NCBI RefSeq assembly: GCF_018350175.1
Contig: NC_058373.1
Coordinates: forward strand, 113,152,001 to 113,216,000
DNA length: 64,000 nucleotides
From: Felis catus
Taxonomy: Eukaryota
Direction of reading: 5' to 3'
Both the position numbers and the translations under genes were made by a program. This document shows positions 24,321-37,095 of the stretch, piece after piece. Within the stretch, counting starts at the first letter, position 1; each line of letters begins with the position of its first letter. The notes under the pieces were generated by a model. It was not told where the DNA came from, made no database searches, and was given only the letters and a program-made list of their open reading frames with translations.

Positions 24321-24852
24321 ATGACTTCTAAGTCAGTACCTTTCAAAGGGTGGGGCAGGGGCGTCTTATGACCCTCTAACCAGAATCCCCTGGGATGGTG
24401 TAGAAAGACAGGTTCTTGGGTCACACTTCAGACCTCGTAAATCATAATCTGAAGGGGGCCTAGGAATATTCATTTTATTAGGCAGGCTAGATGACTCATA
24501 ATTGCACTGATGTGAGAGCCACTATACTGTAAGCCAACCACAGTGCAGGGGGGCATTTGGAGGACCAAACTGTGTTTGAAGCAACAGCCCCTGTGCATGT
24601 ACAGAAATGAAAAGGGAATAAATTATGAGGACTGCAGAGAGAATACCCAGCTCTGTGGGCAGCAAATGCACGTGTGTGAGATGCCCACAGAGCAGTGGCC
24701 ACAACAGGACAGAGTAACAGAGCACTCATTGGGTGCTCATCATGTTGTATTTTGTTCTATTAATTGTTTTTAAACTCCATCGTGGTAATACAAGTTTTCA
24801 GGTATTTGTCAAACTCCTAGGAGGGTCACATGAAGAGTTAACACAATACTGG

Positions 24853-24978
24853 ATTTTTTTTTTTTTTAACTATTTTCCTTTTTTTTTTTTTTTTTTTTGA
24901 GCTTATTTTGAGAGAGAGTGCTCACGTGCACACACACGCATACGCACACACGTGCGCATGCCAGGGAGGGGGAGAGAG

Positions 24979-25027
<49 letters not shown>

Positions 25028-25166
25028 TATGAATATGAATATGAATATCACAAGCAGGCTCCACACAGTGCAGACCCCAATGCCAGGTTCGAACTCATGA
25101 ACCATGAGATCATGACCTGAGCTGAAATCAAGAGTCGGTTGCTTGACTGAGCCACCCAGGCACCCC
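24853..25166 (-). mobile_element. CanSINE with compound microsatellite
   Basis: SINE head ends at 25166; long poly-T; internal (CA/CG)n, (GA)n and (GAATAT)5. Confidence 0.9.
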
Positions 25167-25988
25167 TGGAATACCAGATCTTTAGGGTCCCCGCCTCAAA
25201 GCATCCTTGCCTGGATGTCACCCCCTGTCCTTTTCCTCCCTTGGGCCCCCAGATCCTGGGTGATAACAGGTCTTTTCTGCCTTGGATTTGATCCAAGGCC
25301 TGGCATCCCATAAGCATCATCTCACTATACCCTTGGTCATGTCTCGTGTTGAATCTTGCTGTGTGGGATCAGCGCATCAGGATATTTTTCTGATCACCCA
25401 TTTTTGCACCAAATTGAGAGCAGGGAGAGAGATCAGAAGGCAGCATGGTGGAGACTGTTAAGTATTGACTTTTCAGGATAAGCAGAGGAGATGGGGAGTG
25501 TTGCAAATGCGACTCTGAACTTCTCTGGCTCCCAGACGATTCTTACTTTCCTGTGGGCTGATCCCTGAGGTGCAGAAATGCCACTGTGGCTCTGCTTCCC
25601 ACAGAAGCCTCTTTCCTGGAACCTACAGATCCATTCTTGCCTGAAGCCTTGGGGCTTCTTGCCAGGATCTGTGGATGTCACAAGATACTACTTTCCAGTC
25701 AAGGTTGGCCAGCCTCCCCATGAAGGCTGGGCAAATGCCCAGGATGCCAGGCCAGTGGGCATCTATGTAGGAAGGGAGAGTCTACTTTGTACCACAGAGT
25801 TGCTGGGGGAGAGGGGGGCAGCAAGGCAACAACATACCCCAGATTTCATTCTTGATGTCCTGCAGCCCTGGGGGAGAATCTAACCTCTTCCTCTCAAACC
25901 AGCACATCAGTTCCCTGGCCCTGAAATACCAAGTTTCACCTCTGCTGGATACCTGACCACTTCTCCCCTGGGTGGTACCCATTCTTTA

Positions 25989-26219
25989 AATTTTTTTAAT
26001 TTTTTTTTGTTTTTGTTTTTGTTTTTGCTTTTGTTTTTTCAGAGAGAGAGACAGAGTATGAGCAGGGAAGGGGCAGAGACAGAGACATAGAATCCAAAGC
26101 AGGCTCCAGGCTCTGAGCTATCAGTACAGAGCCTGACCTGGGGCTCGAACTCCTGAACAGTGAGATCATGACCTGAGCTGAAGTCAGACACTCAACAGAC
26201 TGAGGCACCCAGGCACCCC
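25989..26219 (-). mobile_element. CanSINE (SINEC_Fc-type)
   Basis: 18-bp TSD GGTGGTACCCATTCTTTA (25971-25988) / GGTGGTACCCAGTCTTTA (26221-26238). Confidence 0.93.
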
Positions 26220-26574
26220 GGGTGGTACCCAGTCTTTAGCAGCTTCACACAGTCCAGCAGAGGGGGCGCCTTTTCTCTAAGGGAGATCAGGCTGGGGAAA
26301 GAGTTCTCTCAGGATGTCAGAGTAGGTGCTTGGGAGCTGTCACTCCTCCCAGCCTCCATCTGCCACCCCATAACCTCACTGCCACCTTCAGACCTTGTGT
26401 AAGCCCTCCTCATGAGGTCAGAAACCAGTTCTGAGAGTGGATTCAGCACTTTCCCAGCCTCCTGTGTGGTGACCTACCCTCTGGAGGAAGAGAGCAGAGG
26501 GACAGAAGCGGGCAGGGTGGGGGGCAAGAAGAGATACTGGGATGGGATCCTATCGTGACCTGCGGAATAGATCT

Positions 26575-27400
26575 TTCATCTTTTATCCAAAAGTATTTCT
26601 TGAGTGCCTACTGTGTGCCAAATGCTGTGCAAGGAAGCTACAACCATGAAAAGACAGACATGACCTTGCCTTCATGGACATTACAGTCCAGTGAACTCAA
26701 GGCAAAAAATAGGCAAAGTCAGGGAATGACATGTTTATATTATAATGAGGGCTCAAAGGAAACAAACAGGTACTGTGATAGAAAATAAAGTAAAATTCTG
26801 CTTCCGATAAGATGGTCAGGGAAGGCCTCTCTGAGTCTGGGTGATAGAAGCAGTTGACAGGGAATAGCACAAGGCTGAGATACCAGCAGGTGCAAAGGTC
26901 CTGCAGAAAAGAGCTTGGTCTGTTCTAGGAACTGCAGTCTCATCGGAGTTGGGGTTCAGTGAGTGAAGGCAAGACCTATGGCCTGAGATGGTTGGAGGGG
27001 TGGGCAGGGACCAGACCAATCAGACTAAGTTTAGGGATTTTTATTTTTGTCTGAGGAGAACAGAAAATCGTTGGAAGTCTTTAAGCAAGGGACCCTTTGT
27101 GGCTTACATTTTCAAGCATCACTGTGGCTGCAGGTCTGGGAACAGGCTTTAGGGGCAGGAGTGGGAGAAAGAAGAACATTTAGGAACCCCTGCAGTGTCC
27201 AAGTGAAAGAGGATGCTGCTTGGAATTGTTGGTGGAGTTGAGAGAGAGGTGGGGATTTGGAGACGTGTTTGGAAGGTTGGACCCAGAGGACGTGCTGCTG
27301 AGCTGGAGTAGGTGATGGGGAGGAGTCAGGCTGAATCTCTGACTTCCAGCTTGAGCAGCCCAGTGCTGGGTGGTGCCATTTACCAAGGTGGGGAAGGTTG
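26575..27400 (-). mobile_element. L2 remnant
   Basis: 'aagtatttcttgagtgcctactgtgtgcca...ggtcagggaaggcctctctgag...gtgcaaaggtcctg...ggtggtgccatttaccaag'. Confidence 0.65.
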
Positions 27401-28799
27401 GTAGGGGCCAGGGGGACAAGGAGTGGGGAGCGGGAACAGGACAATGTCTTCAGACCTGCCCTGACTCCAAAGTCAAGGAAGTTATTATCTCATCTTCCTT
27501 CCCAGCCTCAAGTAAGGCCTGTTAACCCAATTTTACAGGTTAAGCCCAATGAGTCAAGGGTTTGGGCTGAGATAACACCAAAGAGTCCATCTGCCATCTG
27601 TGTTCTGCATCCAGTCTAACACCCTTCCCAGCCCAGCTATGGAGCCCTCTCCCAGAGATCTCCCCAAGGCCACTTTGACCCATCTTGGCAAAGCTCCCAG
27701 GGTAGGATGCTCTGGCCCCAAGATATTTTGTCCCATCCCTAATCTCCCCTTGATCCTTCCTCCTTTTCTCAGAAGGCCTTTTCCAGTGTCCTCCCCTGGG
27801 TCTCTGTGCCTGTGTCCTTATCTGCAAAATGAAGATAACAATCACACCTATCTCATAAGGTTGTTGTGAAATGGAAGTGAGTTAGCTTTTTAAACATGAA
27901 ACAAGTAAAGCATTTAGAATCGTGTCAGGAATAGGCTCTTGGCCATATTTTAGTAGTAGTAGCAGCAGTAGCAGTAGGTTTTCATCAGTGTGTGTGCTTG
28001 AGGAGGAAATGTCTCCTTATTAGAGTAGACACTTCTGTTTTCTCATCTGCGGAAGGAGGAAAGAATCGTTAAGGTCTAGGCTAGTGACAAGTCACAGACT
28101 GACAATTTTGAAAGAAGGTGCAGAGCTGGAAGATTAATGCTACCATATTGGAGCTTGAAGATGGACCCGAGAGTTCATGAAATGTAAAAGTCTCCAAACC
28201 CCAGGCACCAGAACAGTACCAGTGCACAATGATGTTTTCTCCAGTCTAGGGCAATATGGAGAAAAAATACAAATGATATGGTGGGTTTTTCTTAAAATCC
28301 AGCTTAATTCTGTTTTTTAATTTTGAGATGTTGTCCTTCACACTTTCAATATTAAAATATTCTCTTTATAAAATGTTAGTGATAGTTGTGGGTGACATGG
28401 TTATTTGCAATGCTGTTAACTGGCCCATGAAATCCAAAATCTGGAACGACTCATCTTTTTACAAATGGAGAAACTAAGTCTAGGTCATAAGTGCAGTTTG
28501 TGACAGAGCCTCTGCTCATGACTTTCAGCCTAATGCTCTTTTCACAGGACTCTTCCATGGCTGCCTAGGGCTCTTTCGCTTGCCAGTGGCTGAAACTAAA
28601 CTCAAACTGTCTTTGGCAAAAGGGAAATTCAAGAATCTTTCAACCAGAAAGAAAGAGAAATAGGGTCTTGGCAGGAAAACACTTTGGATGCTCATTAGAC
28701 ACCTGGAAGTAGATGCCATTGCCACCAGCCTCCCTGCTGTGGTTCAAAACCCATCAGCTGGCTCCCCCAATCTTTTCATTTCCCACCCCCATCCCTTCC

Positions 28800-28971
28800 A
28801 GTGCACACACTCCACACATACCGCACAAACACACACCACACCACATACACACCACACCACACATACCACACCCCACATACACACACCACCCACCCATCAC
28901 CCACACACTACATACATCCATGTACCACACCACACATACCACACGTACACACCACACACATATATATACCC

Positions 28972-29002
<31 letters not shown>

Positions 29003-30460
29003 CCATGCAAACACATACTACATGCACATACATATCACACCACACACACACCACACACATACCATACTTACACACCACACACATACACACATACCACACA
29101 CACCACACATACATACCACACATACACATGCACCACACAAACACACACTACATGCACATACGCACCATACTACACACACCACACAACATGCCACAAATAC
29201 ATACACACATACACACATAGCACATCACACACACACACACCCCACACATGTACACAGCACCAAACAAACATAATACATGCACATACACAGCACAAAAACA
29301 CACACTACATGCACATATGTGCACCACACCACACATACCACACACCACACATACACACACACCATAAACACATACACACACCACACACATGCCACACATA
29401 CACATACCACACACATGCCACACAAACACTTCATGCATGTACACACACCATGGATACACCACACCATACACATGCCACATACACAAACGTATACCACATA
29501 AACACCACACATACCACACATGCACACACCACACACATACACACACATACCACACCACACACACCACACCACACACACCACACATTCCACATATACACCA
29601 CATATTATATACACACCACACATGCACACATCACACACATACACACACCATACCACACCCATACCACACACACTCCACACATACATACACCACATAGACA
29701 CCACACCATACACATACCACACACATACTGCACAATACACATACCACACATATGCATCACATTACATACACACACCACACACACTACACTCACATACATA
29801 CCACACTACACATACCATACCGTATACTACTCACATATGTAGCACACACACACATACCACACAAGCAGACACAGATACCCCATATACAAGATACGAACAT
29901 TCACCAGACATATACACCATTCAACACATGCCACACACATACCACACACATACACAATCCACACATACATACACACCAAACCTACATATACTACATCCAC
30001 ATACATGCACCATACTTACAATACACATATACACACACCACACGCACACTGCACACATACACACCACACACTATACCACACACACCACACACACACTACA
30101 TACAAACTGTACAAACCATACACATGCAAACCATGCCACACACCACACATCACACATTTACACACATACCACACACATACAAACATACCATACTGCATAT
30201 ATACCATACATACACTGCACACACATACATACCACAAACATATACACACCACACACATTCACACATACCACACTACACATACACCACACACCACATGTAC
30301 TACACAATACCTACACCCACCCCACACCACATATACACACACCCCACATACAAAAACATATACCACATAAACAGACCACACATATGCCACATAAACATGC
30401 CAACACACACACACACCATGCCACACACACCACACATACACACACCACACCACACTCATT
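28800..30460. repeat. ~1.65-kb degenerate CA/CATA/CACCA low-complexity tract
   Basis: Almost entirely C, A and some T on + strand, G nearly absent; recurrent units ACACAT, CACCACAC, CATACCACAC. Confidence 0.95.
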
Positions 30461-31311
30461 CTATGTAGACCCCTTAAGATCCATTCTTTGACACATTGCA
30501 TACCCACTCAAGCCTTCTCTCAGGACACACCAGCCAGGAGTGTCTAATCCATTCCCCATCCAATGCATCTCACTTATTCCTCAGGGACAGAGCTACCTCC
30601 CTAGCCAAGGCCATCAGAACACACTGTCCCTAGCAGCCTTTCAACCATGATTTATTATCTGGGTAATTATGGGAAGCATCTGCATTTTCTTTATTGCATT
30701 AGTGATGATCACACATCCAGAGAACTAAAAATAAACAGCAGAAGGCCTCACTGATTTGAAGCTGGGTCAATGTTTATTTTCTCAAAAATTGAACTTCCTT
30801 GATATGGATGTGAAGTTATATTAAATGGGCCTTAGGTACATGGAGTGTGGTCTATTTGAATACATAGGTAGGTAGGATTTGTCTGTCTCTGGATGATGCT
30901 TAGGACATGGAAGACACACCCAGAAGATCTCCTGGTTTGCTGTGTTGCTGCTCTGATTCTGTCTCATCCCCTGCCTTGACACACTAAGCAAATAGGCACC
31001 CTTCTCTAGGCCTTACTTTCCCCATCTGGAGAATGGGAAGATGGAAGAGAAGGCAGGAAAGAGCAGAATATTGATCCTAACTTTTGTAGTGTCATTAGTC
31101 TCTGACAAAGAGCCTCAGAGCTGGCCTTTCTCTCTAATCCCTTTTTCTTCAAGTAGGGGACCTGTATTCCAGGACTTGTGGAGCTACGGGATAAAAATGG
31201 AGCATCATCTTTTATGCAAATATTTAGGGGAAGAATAAATAAATATGGAGTATAATGCAAAATTTGGATTATATGCAATAATGCAATAATTATATGCAAT
31301 TAATGCAATAA

Positions 31312-31505
31312 TTTTTTTAAGTTTATTTATTTTGTAAGAGAGAGAGGGTAAGCAGGGGAGGGGCAGGAAGAGTAAAAATCCCAAGCAAGCTCCATGCTGT
31401 CAGCACAGAGCCTGATGTGGGAGTCCATCTCACAAATGGTGAGATCACGACCTGAGCCAAAATCAAGAATTGATTGCTTAACCCACTGAGCCACCCAAGC
31501 GCCCC
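31312..31505 (-). mobile_element. CanSINE
   Basis: Reverse SINE body ending 'gagccacccaagcgcccc'. Confidence 0.9.
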
Positions 31506-32894
31506 TTGGATGACATTTTTAAAATAAAAAAGTGCCACTAGCTGAGTTACAACACAAATTGAGCTCCCTCTCTTGCGAGGTATCTACTGTTAAAGTGAAG
31601 GCATTGACTGAGAAAGAATGGGATCCTATAAATTGGAGTGGGGATAGGTAAGAAGACCCTGATGAAGCTGGGGACGGTAAGGCCCTAAATTCTGAAGAGT
31701 CTTCTTTGCCAGAGGAAGCAGCCTCCCCACCTCCAGTAGTAACTTTTCCCTCTCATCTGAGGGCACTAACCCTGCACAACCTGAAGAAACCGTAATGTCC
31801 TCCCCTGAGGCATTTGCCGTGCAAGACGATGCTGATTCTCCTCAGGACCCACCTCCATCACCTCTCTGCTCCTAGACCTACAGCCAGACTCAAGTCCCTA
31901 AAGATGAGCTACAAAGTAGGACCCATGAGGAGGTGTGCTGCACTCCAAAAGAACTATTTGAGTTTTCTGATTTATACAGACAGAAATTTGGGTAATGTTT
32001 GTGCAAATGAAGCTTGGGAGTGTAGGATGATGGTGGAAAGAACATAAAGTTGGATCAGGCCAAATTTATTGACATGGGTTCACTAAGCAGCAATTCTGCA
32101 TTTAATGTTTCAGCTGAGGGCATCGTGAAGGGCTCTAACAGTTTGTCTGGTTGGCTAAAATATGGATCAAAAGGTGACCCACAGTGGGTGAATTACAGAT
32201 GCCATGCCAGCCTTAGTTTAATGTAGAGGAAGAGAGTCAAATGTTAAAGGGGTTGGAATTTTAGAGTGGATTAATCATTTAAGATTTACTCACCCACACT
32301 GGAAGAGTCCAGAATACCCACCCTTCACCACTACTGTGAGAAATAAATCTGTGAAATGAGCCCAGGAATCCTTGAAAATCTCTGGGATCACTCTTATCTG
32401 TAGGCCAGACCTTATAGTAAGGACCACAGTCACTGAATCGGGAAACTGAAATGCAATGGGAGTAATTGGATCCTGGTATGGTAGGGGTCAAATGTCAGCG
32501 CTCAACTACTGGAAGCAAAGTGGGCATGGTTATGGTAAAGGACAGCAGAGCCAAAGCAGCCATCAGAATAGTCTGACTCCCATAGATCTATGGTGTTAGC
32601 TAGTTGATCATGGTGTTCCTAGAAGTGAAATAGATAGGGAGCCTATTAAATTCTTACTTGATCTGTATAAGCAGACAAGTTCTGGGTCAAATGAACAAAA
32701 GTTTAACCTGAATCATAAAAAAAAGTCATGCTCCCTCAGTCAACTCCCAAATGTGAGCAGGTTTATAGACCCAGAACCCTGGGAATGAAGGAGAAGTCAG
32801 TTTCCCTTAATGAAGAACCCCAGTACACTGCCAGAATTTATACTGTGAATTTTTCTCCTGGCTTTTCCCAAAGAGACCTACAGCCTTTTACGTA

Positions 32895-33049
32895 TACTTT
32901 TTAATTGTTTTAAATATTTATTTATTTTGAGAGAGGGAGAGGGAGGGAGGGAGAATCCCAAGCAGGCTTTGGGCTCTGTACTGACAGTGCGGAGCCTGTT
33001 TGGGATTCTCTCTCTCCCTCTCTTTCTGCCCCTCCCCAACCCAAGTCTG

Positions 33050-33128
<79 letters not shown>

Positions 33129-33183
33129 ACTAATAAACTTTAAAAAATAAAATAAAAAACTTTAACTTTTTACTTTTAATTGT
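32895..33183. mobile_element. Head-to-head pair of CanSINE 3' halves inside the ERV-L
   Basis: Minus-strand SINE tail (~32909-32968) joined to a plus-strand SINE 3' half (~32969-33160); neither has a tRNA head. Confidence 0.85.
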
Positions 33184-33189
33184 GCATTG

Positions 33190-36050
33190 GGAAATAATCA
33201 GGCCCTTCAGGGACTACTAGGCATTGACTCCAAAGTGACATTAATTCCGAGAGACTCAAAATGTCACTGTCGTCTACCAGAGCAGAGGCTTATGGAAGTC
33301 AGGTGACCAGTGGAATTTTAACTCTGATTCATTTCCCAGTGGGTCCCTGTCTTAGTCCATTCAGGCTGCTCTAACAAAATGCCACAGACTGGGTGGCTCA
33401 GAAATTTGTTGCTCACAATTCCAAAAGCTAGAAGTCTAAGATCAGGGTGCCAACATGGTTGGGTGAGGGCTGTCTTCTGAGCTGCAGACTTCTTATTGTA
33501 TCCTCACATGGTGGAGGGAGCTAGGGAGCCCTGTGGGATCTTTTTCACAAGAGCACTACTCCTGTTCATGAGGTCTCCACCTTCATCACCTAATCACATC
33601 CCAAAGGCCCCACCTACTGATACCATCACCTTTAGGGGTTAGGATTTTAACATATGAATTTTAAAACAAACATTCAGACCCTAGCAGTCCTCAAACCCAT
33701 CCTGTGGTTATTTCCCTAGTTCCAAAATTCATGATTGGAATAGATCTACTCAGCAGCTGGTATAATCCCCACATGGGTTCCCTGACCTGTGGAGTGAGGA
33801 TTATTATGGTGGGAAAGTCCACTAGAAGCATCTATCTAGAAAAAAAAAAAAAAGGAAACAAAAGCAATACCACATTCCTGGAGGGACTGGGAATTAGTGC
33901 CAAACTAGCATGTCCGTGATACCTCACATGCAGCAATTGGTCTGGCAAATGCTTTTTTCTTGACAACATAATTTCACCAGAAGCTTTTTGCTTTCAGCGG
34001 GCAAGGCCAGCAATGTATCTGCACTGTCCTCCCTTGGGGGTATATCAGCCCTCAGGCCCTATGTCATCATTTAGTTCACAGGGATCTTGATCACTTTTTT
34101 CTTCCACAAGATGTCACACTGGTCCATTACATTGATGACATTAGCTAACTGACCTACAGAACAAAAAGCAATGACTCTAGAGTCATTGGTAAGACATTTG
34201 CATGTCGGAGGGTAGGATTTATTAATCCCACAAAAATCCAGGGGCCCTTTACCTCAGTGAAATTTCTACGTGTCCAGTAGTGTGAAACATGTCAAGATAG
34301 CCCTTGAAACGTGAAGGATTTGTTGCATCTGACTCCTCCTACAACCAAGAAAGAAACACAATGCTTTGTAGTGCCTCTAGATTTTAGAGGTGACATATTC
34401 CTCATTGTGTATGTTATCCAGCCCATTTACTAAGGGACCCAAAAAGTTGCTAGTTTTCAGTGGGGTCAGAAAAGGAGAGGCTCTGCCACAGATCCAGGCT
34501 GCCACACAGCTATTCTGCCACTTAGGCATATGATCCAGTAGATCCAATGATGCTTGTAGTGTCAGCAGCAGATAGACATGCTGTTCAGAGTCCTTGACAG
34601 GCCCTTGTAGGTGAATCACAGCGCCAGGACCTTAGGATTTTGCAGCAAAGCCCTCCCATCCTCTGAAGTTAACTACTCTCCTTTTGAAAAACAACACTTT
34701 GTCTGCTACTGGGCCTCAGCAGAGACTGAACACTTAACCAAGTTATCAGGCAACCTGAGCTCCCTGTCGTGAACCAGATGTTATCTTACCTACCAAACCA
34801 TGAAGTCCAGCATGTATTCCATCATCAAATGGGAATAATATATACATGATCCTGCTTGAGCAGACCCTGAAGGCAAAAGTAAGTTACCCAAATGCTCATG
34901 GTCCCCACCCCTGCTCCACTGCCTTCTCTCTCCCAGCCTGCACATACAGCCTCATGGGGAGTTCCCTATGATCAGTTGACAGGAGAAGAGAAGACTCAGG
35001 CCTGGCTTACAGATGGTTCTGCATGGCATGCAGGCACATCTGACTGTGGACAGCTACAGCACTGCTGCCCCTCTCTGAGACATCCCTGAAGGCAGTGGTG
35101 AAGGGAAATCCTCCCAGTGGGCAGAACTCTTGGAAGATGCACTGGGTTTTTCACTTTGTGTGGAAGAAGAAATACCAGACATGTGATTATACATTGATCC
35201 ATTGGGCTATGGCCAGTGGTTTGGATGGCCAGGGATCTGGGACAAACATGATTGGAAAATTGGTGATAAGGAAATTTGAGGAAGAGTTATGTGGATAAAC
35301 CTCTCTGAATGGAGCAGGGGGAAACATGAAGATATTTGTGTCCCATGTGAATTCTCACCAAAGGGTGACCTCAGCAGAGGAGAATTTTAATATTCAAATG
35401 AATCAGATGACCTGTTCTGTGGATACCAGTCAGCCTCTTTCCCCACCCACCCCACCATCACCCAACAGGCTCATGAACCAAGTGGCCATCGTGGCAGGGG
35501 TGGTGGTTATATAGGGCTCAGCAACATGGACTTCTATTCACCAAAGCTAGCCTAGCTGGCCACTGATGAGTGTCCAAACTACTGGCAGCAGAGGCAAACA
35601 CTGAGCCCCTGATACGGCACAACTTTCCAGGGTGCTCAGTCCACTTACCTGGGGAAGGTTGATTACATTGAACCACTTCTGTTGTGGAAGGGGCAGCATT
35701 TTGTTCTTACTAGAATAGATACCCTGGATACAGAATTGCCTTACCTATAGTGCAATGCTTCTGCTAAAACTACCATCCAGGGACTTACAGAATGCCTGAT
35801 ACGCCATCATGGAATTCCACCCAACATTGCTTCTGATCAGGGAACTTACTTCACAACAAAAGAAGTGCAACGATAGGTCCATGATTGTGGAATTCACTAG
35901 TCTTACCATGTTCCCCACCATTCTGGCTTGATATGGTTTGATAGAAGTGTGGAGTGATCTTTTGAAGACTCATTTATAGTGCCAGCTAGGTGGCAATACC
36001 TTGCAGGACTGGGATAAAGTTCTCCAGAAGGCTGTATAAACTCTGAATTA
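33190..36050 (+). pseudogene. ERV-L pro-pol remnant (many stops and frameshifts; interrupted by an MLT1 LTR)
   Basis: YIDD at 34128-34139; ORF fragments 33704-33919, 34892-35089, 35326-35514 translate to ERV-L pro/pol-like peptides. Confidence 0.88.
33348..33686 (-). mobile_element. MLT1A-like MaLR solo LTR nested in ERV-L protease region
   Basis: TG...CA termini (TGTCTTAGTCC ... ACCCTAGCA), MLT1 core, 5-bp TSD GTCCC/GTCCT. Confidence 0.85.
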
Positions 36051-36169
36051 GTGTCAAAATATGGTGCTGTTTCCCCCATAGCCAGGATTCACAGACCCAG
36101 GAATCAAGAGATAGAAACGGGAGTGGCACTGCTCACTATTACCCCTACTTACTCACTAGCAACATTTTT

Positions 36170-36500
36170 GCTTCCTGTTCCCATGACCTTATGCTCTGCT
36201 GGCCTAGAGGCCTTAGCTCCAAAGGGAGGAATGTTTTCACCTGGAGACACAACAATTATTCTATTGAACTGGAAATTAAGACTACAGCCCAGCCAGTTTG
36301 GACTCCCCACGCCCCTGAATCAACAGGCAAAGTAGACCAAGTTACCCCACTAAAGGGGATGATTGGTCTTCACTAACAAGGGGAAATTGGACTGTGAATG
36401 CACACTGAGGTAAAGGAGAGTATGTCTGGAATGTAGGAGCTCTCTCAGGATGTCTCTTGGTATTACCATGACCTGTGAGTAAGGTCAGTGAAAAACTGCA
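36170..36500 (+). pseudogene. ERV-L dUTPase remnant downstream of integrase
   Basis: ORF 36051-36335 contains TLCSAGLEALAPKGGMFSPGDTTIILLNWKLRLQPSQFG; a dUTPase 3' of integrase is characteristic of ERV-L. Confidence 0.8.
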
Positions 36501-36663
36501 ACAACTCAATCCAGGCACGGCTTCTAAATGGCCCAGATCCTACAGGAATGAAGGTTTGAGTCACCCCACCAGGTAAAGAACCATGACTACTTGAGGTCCT
36601 TGCTGAAGGCAAAAGGAATACAGAGTGGTTAATGGAAGAAAATCGTTCTAAATACCAACTATG

Positions 36664-37095
36664 CCGGCACCTGGGTGGCTCAGTTGGTTGAGCATTTGAC
36701 TCTTGATTTTGGCTCAGGTCATGATCCCAGGGTCATGGGATAGAGCCCCATGTCTTGCTCTGCACTGAGCGTGGAGCCTTCTTGAGATTCTCTGTCTCCC
36801 TCCGTCTGCCCCTCTGCCTTGCTCATGTGCGTGCTGTCTCTCTCTCTAAAAAAAAATTAAATTTTCGGTTGAGCATCTGACTTCAGCTCAGGCCATGATC
36901 TCACAGTCTGTGAGTTCCAGCCCCACGTCAGGCTCCGTGCTGACAGATCAGAGCCTGGAGCCTTCTTCGGATTCTGTGTCTCCCTCTCTCTCTGACCCTT
37001 CCCCATTCATGCTCTGTCTCTCTCTGTCTCAAAAATAAATAAACATTTAAAAAAATTAAATTTTTTAAAATGACATTATTATTAAAAATAAATAA
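36664..37095 (+). mobile_element. Two nested CanSINEs (5'-truncated copy 36866-37048 inside the A-tail of an older copy)
   Basis: Inner 16-bp TSD AAAAAAATTAAATTTT (36850-36865 / 37049-37064); outer degenerate TSD AAATACCAACTATG / AAATACAGGCTATG. Confidence 0.88.

Noticed and set aside
26250..26270. CTCF-like word CCAGCAGAGGGGGCGCC
   Set aside because: Two extra bases break the core spacing; neither alignment fits the consensus well.
28688..30507. Long His/Thr-rich (+) and Val/Cys-rich (-) ORFs up to 384 aa
   Set aside because: Artefact of the CA-rich tract, which rarely forms stop codons; open in many frames with no gene structure.
31560..32900. Possible domesticated ERV-L gag (Fv1-like restriction factor)
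   Set aside because: Gag-like sequence is broken by stops and frameshifts; no ORF over ~80 aa in the region.
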